DNA of 64,000 nt from Mailhella sp. (GCA_017940105.1 JAGAZG010000168.1:1136-65135), one strand, 5' to 3'; positions 17,722-26,094 are shown, numbered from the stretch's first letter. Notes: a model not told the origin generated them from the letters alone. A program made the numbers and translations.

Positions 17722-20078
17722 GCTGGCAGCCGCAGACCATGATGCTGTCGGAGTTCTATGAAAAGCTCCGTATTCCCAGCCGTTCCACGGAGACGATGGC
17801 TGAGTACCTTGCCCTGAAAAAGTCCGAGCAGGACGACAAGAAGGACATTGGCGGGTTCGTGGCGGGCAGCCTCTCCGGCGCCCGCCGCAAAGCCGGGGCG
17901 GTTACGGGGCGTGACCTCATCACGCTGGACTTCGACAACATCCCGCCGGGAGGCACGGAGGATGTGCTGCGTCGTGTGGAGGGACTTGGGTGCGGGTACT
18001 GCATCTACTCCACACGCAAGCACTCCCCCACCACTCCCCGGCTCCGCATCCTGCTGCCATTCGACCGTTCAGCATCGGCGGACGAGTACGAGCCAGCCGC
18101 CCGCTACATGGCGGCGGCCATTGGCATGGAGTTTGCCGACCCGACCACGTTCGAGGCATCACGCCTGATGTACTGGCCAAGCTGCTGCGCGGACGGCGAA
18201 TACGTCTTCACTTATGAGGATAAGCCCATGCTGTCTGTGGACGGTCTTCTCGATGCCGTCACGGAGAAGTACGGCGACTGGAAGGACGTGACGAACTGGC
18301 CACAGGTTCCCGGCTCGGAAAACGCCTATCGCAAGCTCGCGACAAAGCAATCAGATCCCGTGACAAAGGCTGGCATCATCGGGGCGTTCTGCCGGACTTA
18401 TGACATCTACACCGCAATGGAATCATTTCTCCCCGGCATCTATGCACCGGTGGACAATATGCCTGGACGGTATACCTATCTCGGCGGCAGTACCACGGGC
18501 GGGGCCGTTATTTATGACAATGGACTGTTCCTTTACTCGCACCACTCCACTGACCCTTGCAGCGGAAGGCTGGTCAATGCGTTCGACCTCGTGAGGCTTC
18601 ACAAGTTCGGGGACGCAGATGATGATGCCGGGGCAAACACCCCGGCGAACCGCCTCCCATCCTATCAGATGATGTGCGAGCTTGCCGTTGCGGATGCCAA
18701 GGTATCGAGGCAGCTTGCCAAGGAACGGGCAGAATCAGCAGTCAGCGACTTCGGCCAGCTTGCCACCCACGAGGATGACGAAGGCAGCCTGGACTGGACA
18801 ACGGAGCTGGAACTGAACAGCCAGACCGGAGCCATCAAGGCGACCATCGACAACATTTGGCTGATACTGGAAAACGACCCGAACCTGCGTGGCAAGTTCG
18901 CATTGAACGAGTTCGCAGGGCGCGGGGAAATCCTCGGCGAATTGCCGTGGAGTCCATTTGCGGGCCGCAGGGCGTGGGCTGACAATGACAATCAGGGCCT
19001 GTACTGGTATTTCGAGAAGGTTTATAAGATTACAGGCAACGGGAAGATTGACGGCGCCCTGTCGCTCCACAGTGAGAAGCATAAGTTCAACGACGTAAAG
19101 AACTATCTCGGCGGGCTGCAATGGGATGGCGTTCCGAGGCTGGACACGCTTTTGGTGGATTACCTCGGCGCGGCGAACAGCAACTACGTGCGGGCCGTTA
19201 CACGAAAGGCGTTCACGGCGGCAGTAGCACGGGCCATGACCCCCGGCTGCAAGTATGACACGATGCTGATTCTTTCTGGGCCGCAGGGCCTCGGCAAGTC
19301 CACGTTCCTTGACCGCATGAGCCGTGGGTGGTTCAACGATGGCATCCGCACCTTTGAGGGCAAGGAAGCCAGCGAGCTGTTGCAGGGTGTATGGCTCATT
19401 GAGATACAGGAACTGGATGCTTTCCGCAAGACGGATGTGTCCCGTATCAAGCAGTTCCTGAGCCTTCGGTATGACCGCTTCAGGGCTGCCTATGGGCGGC
19501 ACGTCAAGGACATCCCCAGGTGCTGCGTGTTTTTCGGAACGACGAACACAACCGAGTTCCTGCGGGACAGGACAGGCAATCGTCGGTTCTGGCCCGTGGA
19601 TGTCGGGGTATTCCAGCGGAAGAAGGACATCTGGAAACAGCTCAATCAGGAAATCGACCAGATTTGGGCAGAGGCGGTCATGCGGTGGCGCATCGGCGAA
19701 AGCCTCCACCTTATCGGCGATGTGGAAAATGAAGCAAGGGTCGTGCAGGAAGAACACAGAGAAGCCGGAAACCTCGAAGGACTGATAGCGCAGTACCTTG
19801 AAAGGCCGGTGCCAGAAGACTGGCAGAAATGGTCTTTGGAAAAGCGCAAAATGTTCCTGAACGGTGAAGGAACCGCAGAAAACCTCGTTCCCCGTGACAG
19901 GGTATGTGCCTTGGAGATATGGTGCGAGGTACTGAACGGCCAGATGAAAGACCTGTCGTACACAACGACCACAGAGATAAACGACATTTTAAGGTCGATG
20001 CCAATGTGGGAAAAGACGTCGAATGGACTGCGGTTTGGATACTGCGGATACCAGCGGGGATTTCGCAGAAAGCATTGA
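17667..20078 (+). CDS. Primase-helicase, VirE/virulence-associated E family
   Basis: N-terminal prim-pol (TLDFD, YSTRKH, PRLR); Walker A GPQGLGKST; TGNRRFWP. Confidence 0.92.
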   Translation: MQHDRKIILSVGSNRRSVSWQPQTMMLSEFYEKLRIPSRSTETMAEYLALKKSEQDDKKDIGGFVAGSLSGARRKAGAVTGRDLITLDFDNIPPGGTEDVLRRVEGLGCGYCIYSTRKHSPTTPRLRILLPFDRSASADEYEPAARYMAAAIGMEFADPTTFEASRLMYWPSCCADGEYVFTYEDKPMLSVDGLLDAVTEKYGDWKDVTNWPQVPGSENAYRKLATKQSDPVTKAGIIGAFCRTYDIYTAMESFLPGIYAPVDNMPGRYTYLGGSTTGGAVIYDNGLFLYSHHSTDPCSGRLVNAFDLVRLHKFGDADDDAGANTPANRLPSYQMMCELAVADAKVSRQLAKERAESAVSDFGQLATHEDDEGSLDWTTELELNSQTGAIKATIDNIWLILENDPNLRGKFALNEFAGRGEILGELPWSPFAGRRAWADNDNQGLYWYFEKVYKITGNGKIDGALSLHSEKHKFNDVKNYLGGLQWDGVPRLDTLLVDYLGAANSNYVRAVTRKAFTAAVARAMTPGCKYDTMLILSGPQGLGKSTFLDRMSRGWFNDGIRTFEGKEASELLQGVWLIEIQELDAFRKTDVSRIKQFLSLRYDRFRAAYGRHVKDIPRCCVFFGTTNTTEFLRDRTGNRRFWPVDVGVFQRKKDIWKQLNQEIDQIWAEAVMRWRIGESLHLIGDVENEARVVQEEHREAGNLEGLIAQYLERPVPEDWQKWSLEKRKMFLNGEGTAENLVPRDRVCALEIWCEVLNGQMKDLSYTTTTEINDILRSMPMWEKTSNGLRFGYCGYQRGFRRKH

Positions 20079-20118
20079 CGAGATGTTTCCAAAGGGGCGA
20101 AACTTCGACTTTGCAGAA

Positions 20119-20372
20119 CAATTTAGGCACGAAAGTCTAAGTTTAGGCACGAAATTCAACCCATTGTTTCGGGCTAGTTTGTTATCAAGTTTCAGGGCTT
20201 GTTTCGGGGTTGTTTCGGCGTGAAGCCTTGATATATCTATACTTATAGTTATATTGAAACATTGAAACATTTAATCTTAATAGAATAGAAGAATAGGTGT
20301 TTTAGAGAATATAGGTAAATAATGTATATGCCTAATGTACCTAATATACCTATATTGAGTAATATAAGGATT
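20119..20372 (+). repeat. AT-rich element (candidate replication origin), copy 1
   Basis: TTTAGGCACGAAA twice, GAAACATTGAAACATTTAATCTTAATAGAATAG; inverted homolog at 48873-49130. Confidence 0.75.
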
Positions 20373-20600
20373 TGGAGGTGCTGTTTCGCCATGATTCCGG
20401 TTGAAAAATACGTCGCTGAGGCCGACAAAATCGAGTGGCTTGAAGGGCTGCTGAAGTCGCACGGCTCGATGCTGCGCGAGACGATTTTCGAGGAGGGTGC
20501 GAAGTTGGGCTTTTCGCGGCAGAGCATAAAAAACGCCCGCCGCTTCGAGGGGTCACGCATCGTGGCCCGTGAGGGCTTTTGGATTTGGCGAGGTTAGGCT

Positions 20601-20924
20601 ATGCTTGAGAAACAGATTGAACGTCGCCTGGTCGATGGCGTGAAGAAGCTCGGCGGGATGTGCATGAAATTCGTCAGCCCCGGTACGCCGGGTGTCCCTG
20701 ACCGAATCATCGTGACCGCCACGGGCAGAGTGATTTTTGCGGAACTGAAGACCGAGACTGGCCGCCTGACGAAATTGCAGCGGCACACGGTCGAGCAGTT
20801 GAAGAAACGCGGGGCTGACGTGAGGGTTGTCAAAGGCTCTGATGAGGTCAAAGCCCTGCTGGCTGAGATTGAGAACGATGATTGCATACGGAGACTGAAG
20901 GCGGTGATGGACAATGAAATTTAA
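20601..20924 (+). CDS. VRR-NUC domain nuclease
   Basis: EKQIE...KFVSPG..GVPDRI...FAELK...Q. Confidence 0.9.
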   Translation: MLEKQIERRLVDGVKKLGGMCMKFVSPGTPGVPDRIIVTATGRVIFAELKTETGRLTKLQRHTVEQLKKRGADVRVVKGSDEVKALLAEIENDDCIRRLKAVMDNEI

Positions 20925-22293
20925 GCCGTACCCCTACCAGCAGTTCTGCATCGACTATGTGATCCGCAATGTTGCTGTTGGTTTGCTGCTGGATATGGGA
21001 TTGGGCAAGACGGTCATCACGCTGACCGCCCTCCATGACCTCCGTTACAATCGGTGGGAGGTATCGAAGCCGCTCATCATAGCACCGAAGAAAGTGGCCG
21101 AGGCCACCTGGACAGCTGAGGCTAAGAAATGGGAGCACCTGCGGATGATGCGGGTTGTTCCCGTCCTTGGCACGGTGAGCCAGCGATTGAAAGCCCTTGC
21201 CACTCCCGCCGATGTATATGTCATCAATCGCGAAAATACGCAGTGGCTGGTCGAGCATTTCAAGAACTCATGGCCCTTTGACATGGTGGTGCTGGATGAA
21301 AGCTCGTCTTTCAAGAACAGCCAGAGCAAGCGGTTCAAGGCGCTCCGCCTTGTCCGCTCCCGCATCCGGCGCATCGTGGAACTGACGGGTACGCCAGCAA
21401 GCAATGGACTGGAAGACCTGTGGGCGCAGATTTTTCTGCTGGACGGGGGTCAGCGGCTCGGCAAGACTCTTGGTGCTTACCGCGACAGGTACTTCGTCCC
21501 CGGCAGGAGAAACCAGACGACGATATTCAATTATGAGCCGAAGGACGGCAGCTTCGAGATGATTAAGCGGGCCATCAGCGACATCTGCATCAGCATGAAG
21601 GCCAGCGACTACATCAGCTTGCCGGACATCGTTTACAACGAGGTTCCCGTGGCTCTCGATGCCAAGGCGAAGAAAGCCTATGAGCAGTTGGAGCGTGAGC
21701 TGCTTTTGGAAGTGAACGACGAGACGATTACCGCTGGCAGTGCTGGCGTCCTGACTGGCAAGCTGTTGCAGCTTTGCAACGGTGCTGTTTACAGCGAGGA
21801 TAGGAACGTCGTGCCAGTCCATGACTGCAAGTTGGATGCCTTCATGGAACTGGTCGAGCAGTTGAACGGGCAGCACGCTCTCGTGTTCTACGACTTCAAG
21901 CATGACCGTGACCGGCTGCTTGATGCGCTGGCAAAGACGAAGCTGCGGGTCAGGGTCTACTCGCAAGCGCAGGACGAGGCAGACTGGAATGCCGGGTTAA
22001 TCGACATCCTTCTCGCCCACCCTGCCAGTTGCGGTTATGGCTTGAATTTGCAGCAGGGAGGCCATCATGCCGTTTGGTTTGGGTTGACTTGGAGCCTTGA
22101 GCAGTATGAGCAAGCAAACAAGCGTCTGCACCGTCAAGGGCAGGAGCATCCAGTGGTCGTTCATCATCTAGTCGTGCAGGGCGGGATGGATGAATCTGTC
22201 ATGGAGGCTCTGAAGAACAAGGGAGATATGCAGGAAGCCCTGCTTGCCGCCCTCAAAGCCCGCATAAGCAGATTGTGCAGTAAATGCAGGTAG
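20914..22293 (+). CDS. SNF2-family helicase
   Basis: DMGLGKT, VLDESS, LTGTP, GLNLQ, QANKRLHRQGQ. Confidence 0.93.
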   Translation: MKFKPYPYQQFCIDYVIRNVAVGLLLDMGLGKTVITLTALHDLRYNRWEVSKPLIIAPKKVAEATWTAEAKKWEHLRMMRVVPVLGTVSQRLKALATPADVYVINRENTQWLVEHFKNSWPFDMVVLDESSSFKNSQSKRFKALRLVRSRIRRIVELTGTPASNGLEDLWAQIFLLDGGQRLGKTLGAYRDRYFVPGRRNQTTIFNYEPKDGSFEMIKRAISDICISMKASDYISLPDIVYNEVPVALDAKAKKAYEQLERELLLEVNDETITAGSAGVLTGKLLQLCNGAVYSEDRNVVPVHDCKLDAFMELVEQLNGQHALVFYDFKHDRDRLLDALAKTKLRVRVYSQAQDEADWNAGLIDILLAHPASCGYGLNLQQGGHHAVWFGLTWSLEQYEQANKRLHRQGQEHPVVVHHLVVQGGMDESVMEALKNKGDMQEALLAALKARISRLCSKCR

Positions 22294-22302
22294 AAAAGGA
22301 GG

Positions 22303-22785
22303 ATGCCCATGCAGAAGGAAGAAATTGCTGAAATAGCCCGTATTGCGGCGGTTGAGGCGTTGGCCAAGCGGGATAGCATCGTCAAGGAGGAGCTTGATGC
22401 CAGATACCATGATGTGAAGCTCTTGATGAAGAATTACCGCAAGCTGAAAGCCCACTATGCGCACGTCTCGCCGGAAGCGTTGGAGGTCAACGCCATCTGC
22501 TCGTTGAAGCGGAAGACTGGCTTGATGATGAGCCATGTGGACAGGATGCTGTCAGCATACAAGGCCCTTTGCGAGAGTGCCGTGGAACGTCACGAGGCGA
22601 TGCGATGGGATGCTTTGTATATGCGGTATATTTCTGACGAGCGGCTGACCATTGACGACATCGCCGCCCGCCTGGGCGACGTTGACCGCCGCACGTTCTA
22701 TCGGTATATTGACAGGGCTTTCGAGGATATGGCGGTGCTGCTGTTCGGCATCGAAGCCATCGGGACTTGGAAGCCGAAGAAATAG
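22303..22785 (+). CDS. ArpU/RinA-like late transcriptional regulator
   Basis: C-terminal sigma-4-like HTH (LYMRY...IAARL..DRRTFYR); last gene of replication operon. Confidence 0.65.
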   Translation: MPMQKEEIAEIARIAAVEALAKRDSIVKEELDARYHDVKLLMKNYRKLKAHYAHVSPEALEVNAICSLKRKTGLMMSHVDRMLSAYKALCESAVERHEAMRWDALYMRYISDERLTIDDIAARLGDVDRRTFYRYIDRAFEDMAVLLFGIEAIGTWKPKK

Positions 22786-22787
22786 TT

Positions 22788-22817
22788 GCCGGGGGCTTTT
22801 CAGCCCTCGGCATTTTT
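22788..22817 (+). terminator. Intrinsic terminator
   Basis: GCCGGGGGCT-TTTC-AGCCCTCGGC followed by ATTTTT. Confidence 0.65.
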
Positions 22818-22825
22818 CTGCTTTC

Positions 22826-23027
22826 GTGTGCTTTCCCGGTGAACATAGCCGCCCTCTCCTTGCTTTTCCGAAGCCCGCAATCCCTTACCACACAAAGGCT
22901 CAGAGAATATCGCTCCTACGGCGCAAAAATAATTTTCGTATATTCTTCTTTAGGCTATCGCAGGAAAACTGACCAGAGGGAAACCAGAAGGCATACAGAG
23001 AGCAGAAAATTTCGGCCCGTGGACATT
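22826..23027 (+). repeat. ~200-bp dispersed non-coding element, copy B
   Basis: Reverse-complement homolog of 1706-1908 and 28876-29078. Confidence 0.9.
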
Positions 23028-23070
23028 CCGACTTTCAGTAGAATTCTTGGAAAATAATTCGTAAACATGA

Positions 23071-23098
23071 TTGACTTATACGGTTAGCGTGTTAAGAT
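23071..23098 (+). promoter_or_regulatory. Repeated promoter
   Basis: TTGACT-tatacggttagcgtgt-TAAGAT. Confidence 0.75.
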
Positions 23099-23140
23099 GA
23101 AGACAAGATAAATCATAACACCTGAACAGAACGAAAGGGG

Positions 23141-23338
23141 TTGGACGACATGACGAAGCGGGAAAGATTTGCGAAAGCACTGTGGGAAACCTTCAGGTAT
23201 GAGCTGCGCAAGGATGACAATATAAGATTTGTTCGCGGGTATGCTGATGAGAATATAGCTGATGTGGTTATCACACGGGCGGACGGATGCAAGGCAACCG
23301 TGGATGCTTATGACATCCAGCTTGGCTGCTTCCAGTGA
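23141..23338 (+). CDS. Small hypothetical protein
   Basis: AAAGGGG RBS; lies between promoter repeat and hammerhead 3. Confidence 0.7.
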   Translation: MDDMTKRERFAKALWETFRYELRKDDNIRFVRGYADENIADVVITRADGCKATVDAYDIQLGCFQ

Positions 23339-23342
23339 TGAA

Positions 23343-23406
23343 AGCCGAAACCAGCCGAAAGGCTGGTCAGCCGGAATTGACCTACCGGCTCTGATGTTGG
23401 CAGGTT
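23343..23406 (+). ncRNA. Hammerhead ribozyme, type II (copy 3; CUGAUGU core variant)
   Basis: Same stems as copies 2 and 4, but A9 replaced by U. Confidence 0.85.
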
Positions 23407-23424
23407 GATAGCAGAAAGGGGCAG

Positions 23425-23724
23425 ATGAAAATGTTCGTAAATACGTTTTTCCGTGTGGAGCCATCGTACAACAGGAAGGGCGAGCTGGTGACGACGAAGG
23501 TGCATGGCTATGACTTGTCGGCAAGTGGTGTGAGGATGCTTGACCTTGACGGCTACGCCCCGATTTTGGAAAAGTTCGGCGGCTGGTTCAACAAGAAGTC
23601 CCGCTGCATTTCCATTCCCGCAGAGGTGTCCCGCCTGGAACTCGCAAACTGGCTGGAATTCTACTATGGCGGCGAGGGCGATAATCCGAATGGCCAGCTG
23701 AATGCAGTGTATGTTGGAATTTAA
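23425..23724 (+). CDS. Small hypothetical protein
   Basis: 99 aa, AAAGGGG RBS just after the ribozyme. Confidence 0.75.
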   Translation: MKMFVNTFFRVEPSYNRKGELVTTKVHGYDLSASGVRMLDLDGYAPILEKFGGWFNKKSRCISIPAEVSRLELANWLEFYYGGEGDNPNGQLNAVYVGI

Positions 23725-23757
23725 GTAGAATTTCTTGAAAAATTTTCGTAAACATGA

Positions 23758-23785
23758 TTGACTTATACGGTTAGCGTGTTAAGAT
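23758..23785 (+). promoter_or_regulatory. Repeated promoter
   Basis: Identical core to 23071-23098. Confidence 0.75.
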
Positions 23786-23837
23786 GAAGACAAGATAAAT
23801 CACAACCACCTGAACGGAACGAAGGGAGACGATTGAG

Positions 23838-24008
23838 ATGTCGGCAAACATGAAGCAGTTCGTAGAGTATTGTGAAGCGTATGATCAGACTGGAAGCAAG
23901 AAATTTCGGGATGAGGCTATTCGGATTTACTGGATGCTGACGGGTACGACGCTCGCAGCAGATGAATTCGAGGACAGGTACTTGGATTTGATGCACGAAA
24001 ATTGGTAA
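23838..24008 (+). CDS. Small acidic protein (56 aa, not in ORF track)
   Basis: AAGGGAG RBS; MSANMKQFVEYCEAYDQ...DEFEDRYLDLMHENW; stop abuts hammerhead 4. Confidence 0.65.
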   Translation: MSANMKQFVEYCEAYDQTGSKKFRDEAIRIYWMLTGTTLAADEFEDRYLDLMHENW

Positions 24009-24071
24009 GCCGAAACCAGCCGAAAGGCTGGTCAGCCGGAACTGACCTACCGGCTCTGATGATGGCAGGTT
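24008..24071 (+). ncRNA. Hammerhead ribozyme, type II (copy 4)
   Basis: Canonical CUGAUGA/GAAA core, GUC at 24031-24033, perfect stems I and III. Confidence 0.92.
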
Positions 24072-24097
24072 AAGCAGAACGAAGGGAGCTGGCCGAA

Positions 24098-24349
24098 ATG
24101 ACGAAGATGGAATATGCGATGAAGCAGAACAGCCGTGAGATTGAGCAGGTTGAGAAGAAAATCATGGACAGCCTTGAGGCGATCAAGCGCAGCACCGAGC
24201 GGGCCTTGGCAGCAGAGAACAAAGCCTTCTCGACGGACATTCCGAGCATTGCTTGCTATGCGGCAGAACTCAAGATGGCGCAGGAAAAGTTGGAGCTTTT
24301 GTATCAGCATCGTCAGACGCTTGAAATGCTGGCAGCCGATGAAGATTGA
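24098..24349 (+). CDS. Small coiled-coil hypothetical protein
   Basis: 83 aa, AAGGGAG RBS after the ribozyme. Confidence 0.7.
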   Translation: MTKMEYAMKQNSREIEQVEKKIMDSLEAIKRSTERALAAENKAFSTDIPSIACYAAELKMAQEKLELLYQHRQTLEMLAADED

Positions 24350-24365
24350 TGAGAGGGCGGCAGAG

Positions 24366-24659
24366 ATGAAGAACGTAAGCGAATTTGACATCAGTCTGAA
24401 GAAGTTGTCCTGGGACAAGCTGTTCGACAGCGAGGAGGAATTGGTTGAGGCTATGATGGGCTGTCCGGTAGAACGGACTGCCAGCCGACATGGACTTGTG
24501 CCGAAGGGTTATGAGTATATCGCCGGGTTCCAGCGGTACTATGCCAAGAACCGCTGCCTGACCGACAAGCAGATGACCCAGCTCAAAAGGCTGGCGAAGT
24601 CTGTGTATGTCGGCATCAAGGGCATGAACGTGGGTGGCTACATCGCAATGTGCTGGTAA
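24366..24659 (+). CDS. Hypothetical protein
   Basis: GAGAGGG RBS before MKNVSEF; followed by terminator at 24663-24687. Confidence 0.65.
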   Translation: MKNVSEFDISLKKLSWDKLFDSEEELVEAMMGCPVERTASRHGLVPKGYEYIAGFQRYYAKNRCLTDKQMTQLKRLAKSVYVGIKGMNVGGYIAMCW

Positions 24660-24740
24660 GCTGGCGGGCCTTGTTGCCCGCCTTTTTCTGTGTCTTGCGC
24701 CTGTGACGCTATCGTGTTATGATGGTAGCATAGAAAGGAT

Positions 24741-24959
24741 GTGGTCGGAATGGCACAGAGCAAGGCGCACATGGCGGCGACCAGCCGTTATGAGCAGAAG
24801 GCATACGACAAGCTGTTGATACGTCTGCGCAAGGATGCAGATGTGAACGGCAGCACTGTCCGCGCCCATGCAGAGTCGCGCGGTGAAAGTATGCAGGGCT
24901 TTGTAGTCAGGGCCATCACGGAGACGATGGCACGAGACAGAGCCGGGATAACAGAATGA
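24741..24959 (+). CDS. Ribbon-helix-helix-like DNA-binding protein
   Basis: KAYDKLLIRLRK...AHAESRGESMQGFVVRAITETM; own promoter TTGCGC-17-TATGAT (24695-24723) and terminator 24962-24989. Confidence 0.7.
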   Translation: MVGMAQSKAHMAATSRYEQKAYDKLLIRLRKDADVNGSTVRAHAESRGESMQGFVVRAITETMARDRAGITE

Positions 24960-25230
24960 GCAAAGACCCGCAGAGATGCGGGTCTTTTTGTGTCCGCGTT
25001 TTCCCCAAAATGGCATCGCGCATCGCATAGCGTCAGCCCTCTCAAATCAAGCGCCCAGAGGCGCATCGCTTCTCAGAGCTTCTCCGCAGCCCTCGAATAC
25101 AATCCCCTTCGCAAGCTGCGTAAATCCGCTCTCAGCGAGTACCAGAGGCTTGCATTTTGGTGATTCAGTAGTCCTGGGTGGTCAGTTGCGACTGTGAGTA
25201 AAATTTCTTGAAAACTTTTCCGAAAAACTA

Positions 25231-25258
25231 TTGCAATATACAGATAGCGTGTTAAGAT
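25231..25258 (+). promoter_or_regulatory. Repeated promoter
   Basis: TTGCAA-tatacagatagcgtgt-TAAGAT, same core as 1172-1199. Confidence 0.75.
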
Positions 25259-25310
25259 GAAGACAAGATAAAGAACACCACTTGAACAGAACGAAAGGGG
25301 GTCAGACGAT

Positions 25311-25562
25311 ATGGAAAACGCAACGGAAAAGGCCGCCCGGCTCCAACGCGGGGACAGCTTGTACTGGTACTGCATCATGACCGTCTACCACGACGATGGC
25401 AAGATAGAACGCAGCATCGTTCGGGATGACAGGACAGGCGCACCGTTCATCGTCAAGTCCTATGAGAAGCCGTTGGACGAATGTTACAGCCGGAAAGCGG
25501 CGGCAGTTTACTACACCTACTGCCACGGGTACAAGGAAGCGTTGGCCTGTTTGGCCCGCTGA
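25311..25562 (+). CDS. Small hypothetical protein
   Basis: 83 aa between promoter repeat and hammerhead 5. Confidence 0.7.
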   Translation: MENATEKAARLQRGDSLYWYCIMTVYHDDGKIERSIVRDDRTGAPFIVKSYEKPLDECYSRKAAAVYYTYCHGYKEALACLAR

Positions 25563-25563
25563 T

Positions 25564-25627
25564 AGCCGAAACAGCCCAGGCGGGCTGTCAGCCGGAGATG
25601 ACCTACCCGCTCTAATGATGGCAGGTC
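25564..25627 (+). ncRNA. Hammerhead ribozyme, type II (copy 5; CUAAUGA variant, probably impaired)
   Basis: GAAA-CAGCCC-AGGC-GGGCUG-UC; C-C mismatch in stem I; G5A. Confidence 0.75.
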
Positions 25628-25675
25628 GGGAAGGAGGTTTGATGAATTATTTTCGGAAAAATTTCCGAAAAACTA

Positions 25676-25704
25676 TTGACTATAACGACTCACAGGGCTA
25701 GAAT
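25676..25704 (+). promoter_or_regulatory. Orphan sigma-A-type promoter
   Basis: TTGACT-17-TAGAAT with no downstream plus-strand ORF in this orientation. Confidence 0.65.
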
Positions 25705-25846
25705 GAGATTATAGGGAAAGAAAAATTCCCGAAAAGCTCAGAGAAGTCCTCGGCAGCGGGTTGGTCAAGCTGCCCAGCACAACTGATAGCCAAGATTGGC
25801 CGGTGGCGACGGCTGGCCCGCATCAAGAGGCGGGAGTACATTATAG

Positions 25847-25882
25847 GCAAAGTCAGCAGACTATCTCAACGGTTCTATACAC
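25847..25882. other. Putative recombination site, right inversion junction
   Basis: ATCTCAACGGTT at 25863-25874; arm 25847-25862 matches arm 9110-9125 at 12/16. Confidence 0.7.
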
Positions 25883-26094
25883 TCCCTCTCGCCACTGACG
25901 TGGCTTTTTCTTTGCCTGAAGTCATATCGGGCTTGGCAGGTCTGGCCAGCGAAAACTGTTTCACGGAAGTAAATCCCGTCTTCCAGCCATTCGCGCTTCA
26001 CTGTCTCCCCTTCCCTCAGCTCCGGCAATTTGCTCTTTGCCAATGCGGATAGTTCTGACGCCACTGCAAGCAGTACATCTGAAGCACCCATCAT
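25861..26094 (-). CDS. 77-aa ORF, probable N-terminal half of the split cell-wall hydrolase gene
   Basis: Ends ...EPLR-stop exactly at the shared core, which reads PLR-W in the 9127 ORF. Confidence 0.6.
   Translation of the reverse strand: MMGASDVLLAVASELSALAKSKLPELREGETVKREWLEDGIYFRETVFAGQTCQARYDFRQRKSHVSGERECIEPLR

Noticed and set aside
23040-25630. CRISPR array or integron-like attC array
   Set aside because: Repeats are promoters and ribozymes separated by whole genes at irregular spacing; no cas operon or integron integrase
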